The position numbers and the translations under genes are program-made. From a candidate division CPR3 bacterium 4484_211 (lineage in GTDB: Bacteria; Patescibacteriota; 4484-211), in contig MZGJ01000006.1 of the NCBI GenBank assembly GCA_002084955.1, positions 2,027 to 66,026 of the forward strand: a DNA stretch of 64,000 nucleotides, written 5' to 3'. Under the pieces are notes generated by a model. The model searched no databases and was not told the DNA's origin. It worked only from the letters and a program-made list of their open reading frames with translations. Positions 49,599 through 58,699 of this stretch are shown piece after piece. Positions within the stretch are counted from its first letter, which is position 1, and each line of letters opens with the position of its first letter.

Positions 49599-49628
49599 TG
49601 TGTTATAGCGAGTAATCCCGTGGTGGAA

Positions 49629-50783
49629 TTATTCATATTCTTTAAAAATTTGTACGAGAGTTGTCTCAACGGCATGCCAGCTGTACTTTTCCACGCAAAC
49701 CTGTCGAGCCTTTTGGGCTCTCTTTTTAGCCTCCGCCGGGTGTCCTAAGACGTATTGAATTGTATCAGCCAGTTGTCGTGGATTCTCTGGCGGAATAAGC
49801 CACCCTGCATCTTTTATGATCTTAGGTATATTAGAGACTTTAGTAGAGACTATTGGTTTCTCCATTGCCATGGCGTCAAATAACTTTGCCGGTGTTTGGC
49901 CAGTGGTTGCTGTATTCTTTCGCTGAGGTACAACTACTATGTCAGCCATGGCTAAAATTTGGGGAAGTTTACAAAATTTTTGTATCCCTAATGCTATAAA
50001 TCTATTTCTCAATCTTTGTTTGGCTAATTTGAGAATTTTCTGTCCATAGCTGTTCTCGGAGCTTATACCTGCGATTACCAGGATCGTGTTTTTATTATCT
50101 ATAAGGCTCATTGCTTCTATTAAGTCTTCAATCCCTTTGTACGGTCTTGGATGCCCGCAGAACATAATGACTTGTTTTGTTTTGTCTATACCGTAGTGTC
50201 TTCTCGCCAGTACAGTGTCGATTTTTTGGGGAGAGAAGTAGTTGGTATCTCTGGCGTGCGGGATGATGATCCCCTTAAATTTGCGTTGCAGAAACGTATT
50301 AGATACCGTGATTTTGTCGGCAAGCTGTGTTAGTTGTTCAAAAAATAAAATGTTCCAGTAGGAAGTTGGTTTGTCAAATCTTAAAAGGGAGTATGCTAGA
50401 AAGGCAAGGCGTGTAGAGAGTGAAAAGCTTCTTGAATTTTCCTTGGCTAGGCCTAATTGCCAGTCATCAATATCAAGTATTAAGGGTTTTTTCTCTGTTA
50501 TCTTTTTAAGTAGGGCCAAACCGAAGCTTGTTAAAAGTGGCTTTGATGCATAAATAACTTTTCCGTCTATAGCCTTGAGAACTTTCCTAATTTTAAAGGT
50601 CTTGCCAAGAAACAAAGGTTTGTAATTGATACTGGTATCATTAGCAACGGGTTGCCAAATTCCCTTGCCAAACATTGGCCCCGCTACTTCCACTTCGTAC
50701 CGGCGCTTGAGTATTTTAGCAAGTAGATAGGCTCTGCCTAAACAGTTATGCGAAAGGTCGGGTGTGAGAATTGATATTTTCAT
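49629..50783 (-). CDS. glycosyltransferase family 4 (GT-B); start at MKISILT because the upstream ORF extension is encoded by repeat modules
   Basis: GT-B fold; C-terminal sugar-donor region …ATTGQTPAKLFDAMAMEKPIV. Confidence 0.65.
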   Translation of the reverse strand: MKISILTPDLSHNCLGRAYLLAKILKRRYEVEVAGPMFGKGIWQPVANDTSINYKPLFLGKTFKIRKVLKAIDGKVIYASKPLLTSFGLALLKKITEKKPLILDIDDWQLGLAKENSRSFSLSTRLAFLAYSLLRFDKPTSYWNILFFEQLTQLADKITVSNTFLQRKFKGIIIPHARDTNYFSPQKIDTVLARRHYGIDKTKQVIMFCGHPRPYKGIEDLIEAMSLIDNKNTILVIAGISSENSYGQKILKLAKQRLRNRFIALGIQKFCKLPQILAMADIVVVPQRKNTATTGQTPAKLFDAMAMEKPIVSTKVSNIPKIIKDAGWLIPPENPRQLADTIQYVLGHPAEAKKRAQKARQVCVEKYSWHAVETTLVQIFKEYE

Positions 50784-50791
50784 GAGTGAAA

Positions 50792-50895
50792 GGGGTGACA
50801 CCCTCTTTGAGGGTGTCACCCCATCTAAGCGTGCATCAACCGCGGTACCACAGGGGTACACGGCAAGAGTGCGCTATTACAATTAATTTGGACAT
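50792..50895. repeat. module P (50792-50822) plus module H rc (50826-50895) between divergent glycosylation genes
   Basis: Sequence identity to other copies; the palindrome lies 9 nt upstream of the GT4 start codon. Confidence 0.65.
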
Positions 50896-50934
50896 TTATA
50901 ACCCGCCTATAATTTTACTGTACTTTGCTACAAT

Positions 50935-52035
50935 ATGTCCATGCGTGCTACTTCCAAGAAGGTGTTTTTTATTTTAGCCCTTGCGTGGCTGCTGTTTTGT
51001 TGCTCTATCTATTTCATTGCCCGCCCTTTTTTTCTTGAGATAGTTCCTCTTTTGGTTCTCGTTTTAATTGTCTCTAGAGGAATTAAGCCAAAGTTTATCA
51101 TCAGTGTTCTACATTTAACTTTGGTTGGCTTATTTGGGGCGGTGTTTCTGTCTTTAATGTATGGAGTAATGGACAAGCAGTTGATGCACTTTGGTTTTAT
51201 CGCTTTTATTTCTGCAATATGTAAATCTTTGTCTGTTACGATTCTGGGAATAACTGTTATCACGGGCTTGGTTGCGGGACTTGGCAGTAAAGTCCTTTCT
51301 AAATTTTGTTTTAAATGCGAGTCTGGTTTAGGGCAGTTTTTGATCTCTATTGGGTTGGGGATCGGTATTGTGATTAATTTTGGCTTTTTTTTGGCTTACT
51401 TTAAAATTCTTAAACTTCCCGTGGTGATATTTCTTGTCGTTGGCCTATTTTACCTGTCTAGAAAAGAAATAGGGTCGTTTTTTAATAAAATAGCTAGGGC
51501 AAAAATTAGGGTAAAGGGAGATCTTCAGGTTGTTCTATTCTTCTCCGTTTTTATTCTCGTAATTTCACACCTTGTTACCAAGTTGAGAGGTTTCCCGTTG
51601 GAGTTTGATAGTCTGTCGCTGTATGCCAATACCGCCAAGAACCTGGCTTTAACCGGCAGGCTGCCCCAAGCCTGGTCTTTTCCTTTTGGGATTGAACTAT
51701 TTATGGGGTTTAATTGGCTTTTGTTTGGGGCGGGGACTGCCTTGACGATAAACAGTTTGCTTGGCTTGTTAAGTGTTTTGGCCATTTATCTAATTGCCAG
51801 GAAATTCGTTGGTTATAATTTTGCCTTGTTCCCGTCAATCTTTTTTTATACTACCTTTGCCGTGGCTCAGCTGACCTATTTTGACGACAAAGTTGACCTG
51901 GGAATTCTGTTCTTTGGGGTTCTGTCGGTTTATGCATTTCTGCAGTGGCATACTCTTCACCGCCGCAGGATATCCATCAAATTAGAACCGCGGTACTGTC
52001 TAACCGCGGGGAAAGGACGGATTTATGTGAAATAA
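50935..52035 (+). CDS. polytopic membrane protein, GT-C (ArnT/PMT)-like candidate
   Basis: About 11 TM helices; position in the glycosylation cluster. Confidence 0.35.
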   Translation: MSMRATSKKVFFILALAWLLFCCSIYFIARPFFLEIVPLLVLVLIVSRGIKPKFIISVLHLTLVGLFGAVFLSLMYGVMDKQLMHFGFIAFISAICKSLSVTILGITVITGLVAGLGSKVLSKFCFKCESGLGQFLISIGLGIGIVINFGFFLAYFKILKLPVVIFLVVGLFYLSRKEIGSFFNKIARAKIRVKGDLQVVLFFSVFILVISHLVTKLRGFPLEFDSLSLYANTAKNLALTGRLPQAWSFPFGIELFMGFNWLLFGAGTALTINSLLGLLSVLAIYLIARKFVGYNFALFPSIFFYTTFAVAQLTYFDDKVDLGILFFGVLSVYAFLQWHTLHRRRISIKLEPRYCLTAGKGRIYVK

Positions 52036-52937
52036 CTGAAGCGATGGCCCAATGTAAGAGAGAAATTAAATTGGGAGATTATGGGTATTACTTTTACCCC
52101 CAATCTTGGGCAGACCATTTTAAAAGGCCGCTGAGACTGCTCGCTTTAACTAACAAGTCAGCTTGCACGGGACGAGCGTCAATTGATCCCCTTTATGTTG
52201 GACTTTTCCCTCTGGTGATTGTCTTGGCGCTGGAAGAAAAGAGTAAAAGATTAAGACTTCTTTTGGTAATTATTGCAGGCTATTTTATTTTCTGGTATCT
52301 GGTCCGCTCACAGATTCTGTGGTACGCTCTTCCGGGATTTGCCTTATTATCGGTAGTTTTTTTTACGGCAATACGTAAAGTTGTTCCGGCCAAAATTAAA
52401 CGGGTGTTTCTAATAATTGCCAGCGTTAGTATTTTAATTCATAGTGCTTTCTATGTGGTTAATAATGGTACATACTTTTTTTTACCCGGCAATGCAGATT
52501 GGAAGCTCCAGGAAAAAAGATTTCTTCTTGGGGACTTAAAAAAGGCTTCAGCTTTTGTGAATAAAGTGCTGCAGGTTAATGAGGATAAAAAGGTTTTTTT
52601 GCTCGGGAATAAACCTGGTGCCCACTTTTTGCCTCCTTATTTTATAAACAATAGTCAGGAAGTGGCAATTTACTCTAATACCTGTCAGTTAATTTTCCTG
52701 CCGGAACAGCGGTCAGATATAGCCGGTTTAAGAGACAAGTTAAAAGCGCGGAATGTGGAATATGTTTTGGCCAGAATTTCTCCTGAGATAAAACTTGACC
52801 TGTTTAACATTCCACAGGAGGTCGGGGGGGTGACTCCCTGTATCTTAGAGACTAAAAAAAATATTGATTTTTTTCTGCGGAGTTACGGGCAGATAGTTTA
52901 CCAAAATTCTAATTATGCAGTGTATAGGATAAGGTGA
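51945..52937 (+). CDS. membrane/extracytoplasmic protein; possibly the frameshifted continuation of the preceding gene
   Basis: Overlaps 50935-52035 by 91 nt in another frame; TM helices then a soluble domain, as in GT-C enzymes. Confidence 0.25.
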   Translation: MAYSSPPQDIHQIRTAVLSNRGERTDLCEITEAMAQCKREIKLGDYGYYFYPQSWADHFKRPLRLLALTNKSACTGRASIDPLYVGLFPLVIVLALEEKSKRLRLLLVIIAGYFIFWYLVRSQILWYALPGFALLSVVFFTAIRKVVPAKIKRVFLIIASVSILIHSAFYVVNNGTYFFLPGNADWKLQEKRFLLGDLKKASAFVNKVLQVNEDKKVFLLGNKPGAHFLPPYFINNSQEVAIYSNTCQLIFLPEQRSDIAGLRDKLKARNVEYVLARISPEIKLDLFNIPQEVGGVTPCILETKKNIDFFLRSYGQIVYQNSNYAVYRIR

Positions 52938-53061
52938 AGCCCCGCCGCCTTGAGAGGAAATTGCGGATCCTGCCTTGGCAACGGTGGGCCTTGTCCAGTT
53001 CTGAGAAAGGCTGCAAAATTTGGCGCTAAAGTAATTCTCGGTTTTTTTGTTTTGGAGAATT

Positions 53062-53442
53062 CTAGTTCCTGAGGGTGTATTCTAAGGAGATAGTCACGGC
53101 CAGTGTTAGAAGAAGAGTGAAAAAGTTGGCTGTTCTGGTCAGGAGCAGTAAGCAGGCAATGATAATACCCAAGCCAACTAGGGCGCCCTGACGAAGGCTT
53201 TTTCTATAGGTAAATCGTGGGTCGGTGTAGTCCCCCAAAAGCCGGTAGAGATAAAAAAGAATAATAGAAGTTGCGCTGGTTGCAAATAAAAAGAGCGTTG
53301 TTAAGAAAATTATGACGCGAGAGTGGTTAAGGGTAATTGCCGGCGGAGTGCCGGTAAATGGTGCGCTGTAAAAAAGGAGGCGGCTTAGATAAAGACCACT
53401 AAACAGGCCGATGCCGACGGCGGGAATTAAGTATTTTTGCAT
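53062..53442 (-). CDS. small membrane protein, hypothetical
   Basis: 126 aa, four TM. Confidence 0.25.
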   Translation of the reverse strand: MQKYLIPAVGIGLFSGLYLSRLLFYSAPFTGTPPAITLNHSRVIIFLTTLFLFATSATSIILFYLYRLLGDYTDPRFTYRKSLRQGALVGLGIIIACLLLLTRTANFFTLLLTLAVTISLEYTLRN

Positions 53443-53633
53443 AAAAAAAGTATAGCATAGGTGAAACTTTGCAGATTACCGCAATGGGGAGTGGTTGATG
53501 AAATGAATAGCGACATAATGGCCAATAGATCAGTTATTAAAAGGTTCTCGGGATGATTGTTCTCGTCGGGATGATTGCTAAAAGATTTTCTCCCAATGGG
53601 CTCTCTGTGGGGATAGCCAATTTCCACTTATTG

Positions 53634-53727
53634 ATGATAGACTAGTTTATCATCACTGGGCTTACAGGCCGCCATAAAAGCTTTTCCCAAATTGTGTCTT
53701 AAATTGGTATGATAGACTAGTCTATCA
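53634..53727. promoter_or_regulatory. pair of 20-bp palindromes (53634-53653 with 1 mismatch; 53708-53727 perfect), 74 bp centre to centre
   Basis: Read directly. Confidence 0.6.
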
Positions 53728-54279
53728 TACTGGGTGGTTAGATAGTTTTTGAGAAGGCGGTGGGTTCTTTACATCTGTACACCTGGCCGCCTTTTAATAC
53801 CGGATCTTATTTAAAACGATTATCAAAACGATTATCAACGCAACGCTGGGTCTGGTTTTTTAAAAACTCTACCGCCTTAAGTTAAATTTAATTAAGCTTA
53901 TCTGTTTTGGGGATTTATTTTTTTTCGCTGGGGTTTTTGCTTTTTACCTGTTCTTAAAAATTTTGGGTTTTGGCAAAAGGGGGCTTTGTAGCTGTTTATT
54001 TTTCCTTTTGGCAGTACCTGTTTTGCTGGTCTATGTCCTGCGCCTCAATTGTGGTTAAACCTTTAGGGACTTTGGTTTGTGCTCTTTACCGGTCCTTTCT
54101 TGTCCGGATGCATTTTTTCTAACCTTAAATAAGGTAAAACAGAAATTTAGATTTGGAACCAAAGGGGGAGTCGTGGTAAGATGGGAGAGAAGTAGCGTAT
54201 TTCCAGATTTTATAGAGATTTGAGGCTTTTAAGAGGATGGGGTGTGAATGCCTAGCTTAGTTGCAGCAGGGGGTGTCGC

Positions 54280-54612
54280 TCCATTTAAGTGATTGTTGCT
54301 GTGATTATTGCGCGTGCAGATCGCAGACCAACCGCAGTACTATTCGGTGCATGGCAAGAGTCTGCTATTGCAAGTAAAGTGCAGTATTATGTCCCAGCTA
54401 TAATGGCAATAACCAAGCACCAAATTACAAACAAATTCAAAATTCAAATAACCAAAACTTTTGGACTGGGTTTGACATTTGGCATTTTTAACTTGCCGCT
54501 TTACGGCTATGCCCTTCTTCAAGAGCGCAGTCCTGCAAGAAAAATATATCCGCTTCCAAAGCGGTGGGTTTTTACAGTGGGTTTTTACAGTTAGATCTTG
54601 AAATTATGCCTC
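54280..54612. repeat. composite repeat: module H rc (54303-54375), AT-rich and ttgacatttggcattttta module, leader module R (54532-54612) with an internal tandem tgggtttttacag x2
   Basis: Matches 6600-6810 and 16700-16860. Confidence 0.65.
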
Positions 54613-54644
54613 AGCCATTTTTTAGAATCTATCAAAACTAAAAC

Positions 54645-55664
54645 ATGCCTTTTTCGACTTTTGTCATTCTTGTTACCATAATCTTGGGTTTTGCTGTTAT
54701 CCTCTATTTCCTTAATCGCCGTTTTCAAAAGCTGGAGGAGCGGGATGAGAAAGATGAGGCGTTTAAGCTGATTAAGGAATGGATGAAACAGGCGGTGGAG
54801 CAAACTGACCGAACCCGGCGGGAAATGCAGGATCGGCTGGATAAAACGGGTAAAAATATTAATGAGCGGCTGGATAATGCGGCCAAGGTGATTAATCGGG
54901 TTAATAAAGAATTGGGTGAGATTGGTGAAATCGGGCGGCAGATGAAAGATTTACAGGATTTCCTGCGTTCGCCAAAGCTAAGGGGCAATATCGGTGAGCA
55001 GGTGTTGGCCGATCTTTTAAAGCAACATCTTTCTCATGAGCAGTTTTCCCTTCAATATAGTTTTCCAAACGGGACCATTGTGGACGCGGCTATTAAAACA
55101 GACCGTGGAGTTATTCCCGTGGATGCCAAATTCCCGATGGAAAATTTTAAAAGAATGATGGCCGCAGGGGATGAAGCCGATGAACAACGTTTCCGGCGGG
55201 ATTTTATCAATGATGTCCGCAAGCATATTCGTGACATCTCCAAAAAATATATCCAGCCGGCCGAGGGTACCTTAGATTTTGCTCTTATGTACATTCCTTC
55301 TGAAGCTGTGGCCTATGAAGTTACCGTGCACACCCCGGAGTTGTCCGATTATGCAAATGAAAACCGCGTGGTGGTGGTTTCTCCTAATCAATTTAATTAT
55401 TATCTTCGGGTAATTTTGCTGGGGATGGAGGGGAAGAAGGTGGAGGAAAAAGCTCGGTTTATTATGAACAGTCTCAGGGCGATTCAAAAAGACACTCAGG
55501 AATTTGGTGAAAACTTCCGTGTTTTAATGAAACATATTACCAATGCTAAAACTAAAGCCGATGAGGTTAGTGTTGACTTTAATCGTCTTTCGGGGAAAAT
55601 TGATTCGGTACAACAAGTTAGCGGAGAAAGCGCTTCATCTTCTTTACCCTTGATGGATAGCTAG
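54645..55664 (+). CDS. rmuC: DNA recombination protein RmuC
   Basis: N-terminal TM, long coiled-coil, C-terminal DFALMYIPSEAVAYEV…VVVSPNQFNYYLRVI (RmuC nuclease-like domain). Confidence 0.7.
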   Translation: MPFSTFVILVTIILGFAVILYFLNRRFQKLEERDEKDEAFKLIKEWMKQAVEQTDRTRREMQDRLDKTGKNINERLDNAAKVINRVNKELGEIGEIGRQMKDLQDFLRSPKLRGNIGEQVLADLLKQHLSHEQFSLQYSFPNGTIVDAAIKTDRGVIPVDAKFPMENFKRMMAAGDEADEQRFRRDFINDVRKHIRDISKKYIQPAEGTLDFALMYIPSEAVAYEVTVHTPELSDYANENRVVVVSPNQFNYYLRVILLGMEGKKVEEKARFIMNSLRAIQKDTQEFGENFRVLMKHITNAKTKADEVSVDFNRLSGKIDSVQQVSGESASSSLPLMDS

Positions 55665-55917
55665 GGTTGTAATCTGGGCTGATTAAAAGTTAACCATTTG
55701 GAAAGAGTAACGCTCTCTTTGAGGGTGTGTCATTCCATTTAGATGATTACGAAATGTCTTTCCATCAATACCGCAATAGGGCATTGCCGTTGCCTCGCCC
55801 GTGCCCGCCCGCCGGCAAGCCGGGAATTTAAGAGAGCACTCCTTTTAAGGTTTTGTGAAGACGAATTAACAGAACTAACGCGAAGACGGATTAGCAGAGT
55901 TAACCATGATGACGATG

Positions 55918-56012
55918 ATGATAGACTAGTCTATCATCATAAAGCACTAACAAAGAATAAGTTCACTACTGTATCAAGCACTAACACCTGATATGATAGA
56001 CTAGTCTATCAT
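55918..56012. promoter_or_regulatory. pair of perfect 20-bp palindromes (55918-55937; 55993-56012), 75 bp apart, downstream of the TrpR-like gene
   Basis: Read directly. Confidence 0.6.
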
Positions 56013-56223
56013 ACCAGAGCGCCATTACAAAAACTAACCACCGTGAACTAAGGGAGAAATTAAACTCTCAAGGACTAACTTGCAAACTTAATCGGTTCCT
56101 TTATCGGTGAAATAGCTGATGAAACTTAAAAAGGCTTCATAATTAAAATTGAAGCAACAAGCTAAAGAAGGTAAACTTTTAAAGGAAGTTGATAACAATC
56201 AGTGAGGGCTCTCTAGGTGATTT

Positions 56224-56697
56224 CTAGTTTTTTTTCTCCAAATTTTTCTTAACTTCTCTTTTTCTTTTCAATTTAAGCAATTCACGTGCAGATTTTTCTA
56301 AAGCATATTTCGCGGCTAGAGAACCCAGCTTATGGGGGCCGGTAAATTGAGGTCCTTTTTGCATCTTCTTCTTTGCTTTCTGATCAATTTTAGAAATCTT
56401 CTCAACCACTTTCTCAAGACCACCTTCTCCATAATCCAAGATCTGTGCAACCCGGCCCACCGTCTGGTTGGTTACTTTTAACCGGTTGATAATTGTCCGG
56501 TAATCACAGCCCTCATAGAGCATTAAGGCTATCTGGAGCCGCTTGGCCAGCATGCGAATTTCCATCTTTGTAAAAAGGTCTTTTATAAAAGGCTCAAGTT
56601 CTTCACGATCTAGGCATAAATTAAAAGCATTGATTAAATTGTCAATGTAATATCGCATGAACTTATTTTCTACTTTGCGCGGTGAAAGCCTCGACAT
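56224..56697 (-). CDS. TrpR-like DNA-binding protein, YerC/YecD family
   Basis: LINAFNLCLDREELEPFIKDLFTKMEIRMLAKRLQIALMLYEGCDYRTIINRLKVTNQTVGRVAQILDYG matches the YerC/YecD TrpR-like pattern (helix-turn-helix near …TNQTVGRV…); basic C-terminal tail. Confidence 0.65.
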   Translation of the reverse strand: MSRLSPRKVENKFMRYYIDNLINAFNLCLDREELEPFIKDLFTKMEIRMLAKRLQIALMLYEGCDYRTIINRLKVTNQTVGRVAQILDYGEGGLEKVVEKISKIDQKAKKKMQKGPQFTGPHKLGSLAAKYALEKSARELLKLKRKREVKKNLEKKN

Positions 56698-56717
56698 GAT
56701 AAATTTTTAGCTTAAAG

Positions 56718-56812
56718 ATGATAGACTAGTCTATCATCTTTAGGATAACAGGAAAATATAAAACCTGTCAACAATCATGAAAACCCCCTAGTATGATAGA
56801 CTAGTCTATCAT
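56718..56812. promoter_or_regulatory. pair of perfect 20-bp palindromes (56718-56737; 56793-56812), 75 bp apart, in the promoter region of the TrpR-like gene
   Basis: Read directly. Confidence 0.65.
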
Positions 56813-57040
56813 ATTAGGGGACTGCAGACTATTTCCGGATATGAGACTTTAGAAGTTTATCTAGGGCGCTTAATCTTACCGCCGTGTCCCAGCTTTATGA
56901 GATGCACAAGTATGAAACTATCTATAACTCCATCCGTTTCCTCTAGGAAATATCTCTAGGTTCAGGCTGTCTACAATCAGCCTCCATTGTTGAAGCAATT
57001 ACAGAAAAAATTGCCGCTCTATGAAACAGTTACAAAAGAG

Positions 57041-57793
57041 CTATCTTGACACTTCATAAAGTTGTACCAGCGGTTCTTCCCAACCAAAACAGGTTTCTTT
57101 GCCCGCCAGCTTTTTAAATGTTTTGATGCATTTTGGTTCAAGCTGGGCAAACTTTTCCAAAATGTCCACTACTTCACTCATAAATCCGCCAACAGTTCCG
57201 TCAGAATCATCAATGCCGCCAGTTTGTAATTTTCTGTCCAAACGCAGGAGCAAATTAACCAATAATTTCGCTGTTTGTTGGCTTGCCGGAAGTTTTGAAA
57301 CAATTGAAGTTAAACGCCTGCATCCTTCGGAAAGCGAGTCTTGGTAGGCGAACCAAGTTCGGGATGGGCCCCGATACGGTTTTATGTACCTCATTGCTAA
57401 AGTAATGGATTTTTTGACGGCGGCTAGTTCTTCTGCGGTTAGTTCTCCCGTCTTGCCACTGCAAACCGGCCTGCCTATCAATTCTTTTTCCTCTTTTTTC
57501 AGTGGTTTGCCGTTTTTAACCGCGTAAATGGCCACGGCGACCATATGTTTGCAAAGAATATTTTTTTGGCCAAGATAGCACTCACAATGGCCATAATCGT
57601 AGCGCCGGGCCTCCACGAAAACTCGGTAAGGTTTGGTGCCGAGGACAACAGCCGAGTAGGATCTGATTCCTTCTTCAAATTGAGTTACTTTTCCGCTTTC
57701 ATACAGCCCAACAGCTCTTTTAAAAGTCGGCTCATCGGTGGCAAACTTGATTTTGTCAAGATCGTAATCCGGCGGTTGAATGTTCTTTGTCAT
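57041..57793 (-). CDS. SWIM zinc-finger protein
   Basis: GHCECYLGQKNILCKHMVAV is a canonical CxCx(n)CxH SWIM motif; ATGA overlap with the upstream nuclease gene. Confidence 0.55.
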   Translation of the reverse strand: MTKNIQPPDYDLDKIKFATDEPTFKRAVGLYESGKVTQFEEGIRSYSAVVLGTKPYRVFVEARRYDYGHCECYLGQKNILCKHMVAVAIYAVKNGKPLKKEEKELIGRPVCSGKTGELTAEELAAVKKSITLAMRYIKPYRGPSRTWFAYQDSLSEGCRRLTSIVSKLPASQQTAKLLVNLLLRLDRKLQTGGIDDSDGTVGGFMSEVVDILEKFAQLEPKCIKTFKKLAGKETCFGWEEPLVQLYEVSR

Positions 57794-58548
57794 TTTTCTT
57801 TCTGTTTAATTAGTTGCCTATATTTACAGAATTCACAATCAGGGCTTGGGGCGGGAATATCCTCGCTTTCAAGACATTTTTTAATTTTAATAATTGTTGG
57901 TTCCACCCAGGAATCGTCGCCTTCGTGGGATAAAATCATCAACTCAAACTCCAGGCGGCCGTCAAATTTTGGTCGGTTTCGACCGGCATTGGCAAAAACA
58001 AAGTAGCCGGTCTTGTTGACCTTAAAGCCTTTTTGCCTAAAGATCCACTGATAGATTTCCAATTGTTTTTTATATCCTTGTTTATATTCATCATCCAAAG
58101 AAATTTCTTGACTGGTACTGGTGGATTTATAATCAACAATCAGGAGTTCTCCTTTTTTATTTACCCAAACATCATCAATAATTCCGCAGATTTCTAAATT
58201 GGTTGGCCGGTGAAGCGTTGAAGCGCCTTTGAAACGATAATGGTCATCCCGCCACTCAGGCAGGTCCGGATGATTAAAAGGAATTGCGTCTATTCCGTAT
58301 TGGTTCATCAATTCGTGCTTTTCTCCATTTTGCCGTAGAAGATCAAACTCGTTTTTTAAAAGTTGATCCACGGCGGAGTTTAGGGCGAATCCCGGCATGC
58401 TCGGCCGCCCCAAACCCAGTCTTCGATCTAAATAAAAACACCGCGGACATTCCAAGAATAGATCAATCTTAGAGCGACTAAGCTTAAACGGCTGCTTGGA
58501 GTTGGGATTATATCGAGATTTTTCTTTTCTCTGCTGGTATTTGTTCAT
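57790..58548 (-). CDS. Cas4/RecB-like PD-(D/E)xK nuclease with a predicted [4Fe-4S] cysteine cluster
   Basis: N-terminal …LSRSKIDLFLECPRCFYL (Cas4-type S.S…CPR motif); IDDVWV…ELLIVDYKST (D, E, K catalytic triad); C-terminal C-x12-C-x2-C (KKCLES…PDCEFCKY). Confidence 0.55.
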   Translation of the reverse strand: MNKYQQRKEKSRYNPNSKQPFKLSRSKIDLFLECPRCFYLDRRLGLGRPSMPGFALNSAVDQLLKNEFDLLRQNGEKHELMNQYGIDAIPFNHPDLPEWRDDHYRFKGASTLHRPTNLEICGIIDDVWVNKKGELLIVDYKSTSTSQEISLDDEYKQGYKKQLEIYQWIFRQKGFKVNKTGYFVFANAGRNRPKFDGRLEFELMILSHEGDDSWVEPTIIKIKKCLESEDIPAPSPDCEFCKYRQLIKQKEK

Positions 58549-58699
58549 TTCTTTATTTTACCACCCGCCTTCCAAAAACACAGCGCTATCTATAATCCCG
58601 AGACGCAGTGGAGATTTTACCTTAAGTGAAAATTTTACCTTAAAGGTACGAAGATTGACAAAATTAACAATTACGATAATATAGTATTAAAGCGTGTCC

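Noticed and set aside
50784-50861. N-terminal extensions of several ORFs (GT4 at 49629-50861, 34239-34439, 50786-50977) reading GVTPS(K/L)RVSP
   Set aside because: These are translations of the 31-nt palindrome module P and its flanks, so the starts were moved to the first Met after the repeat.
53443-54279. Long noncoding stretch searched for RNase P RNA, SRP RNA, 6S RNA or riboswitch signatures
   Set aside because: No conserved cores were recognisable by eye (for example the RNase P GGAAAGUCCGGGC-type P4 region or the SRP GGAA/GNRA domain IV). There is only a 12-mer tandem repeat (aaacgattatca x2). A covariance-model scan would be needed.
55743-55991. ORF 55743-55991 (82 aa) between rmuC and the TrpR-like gene
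   Set aside because: It overlaps the palindrome pair and a GC-rich hairpin, has a biased Arg/Asp-rich composition and no RBS. It is likely non-coding.
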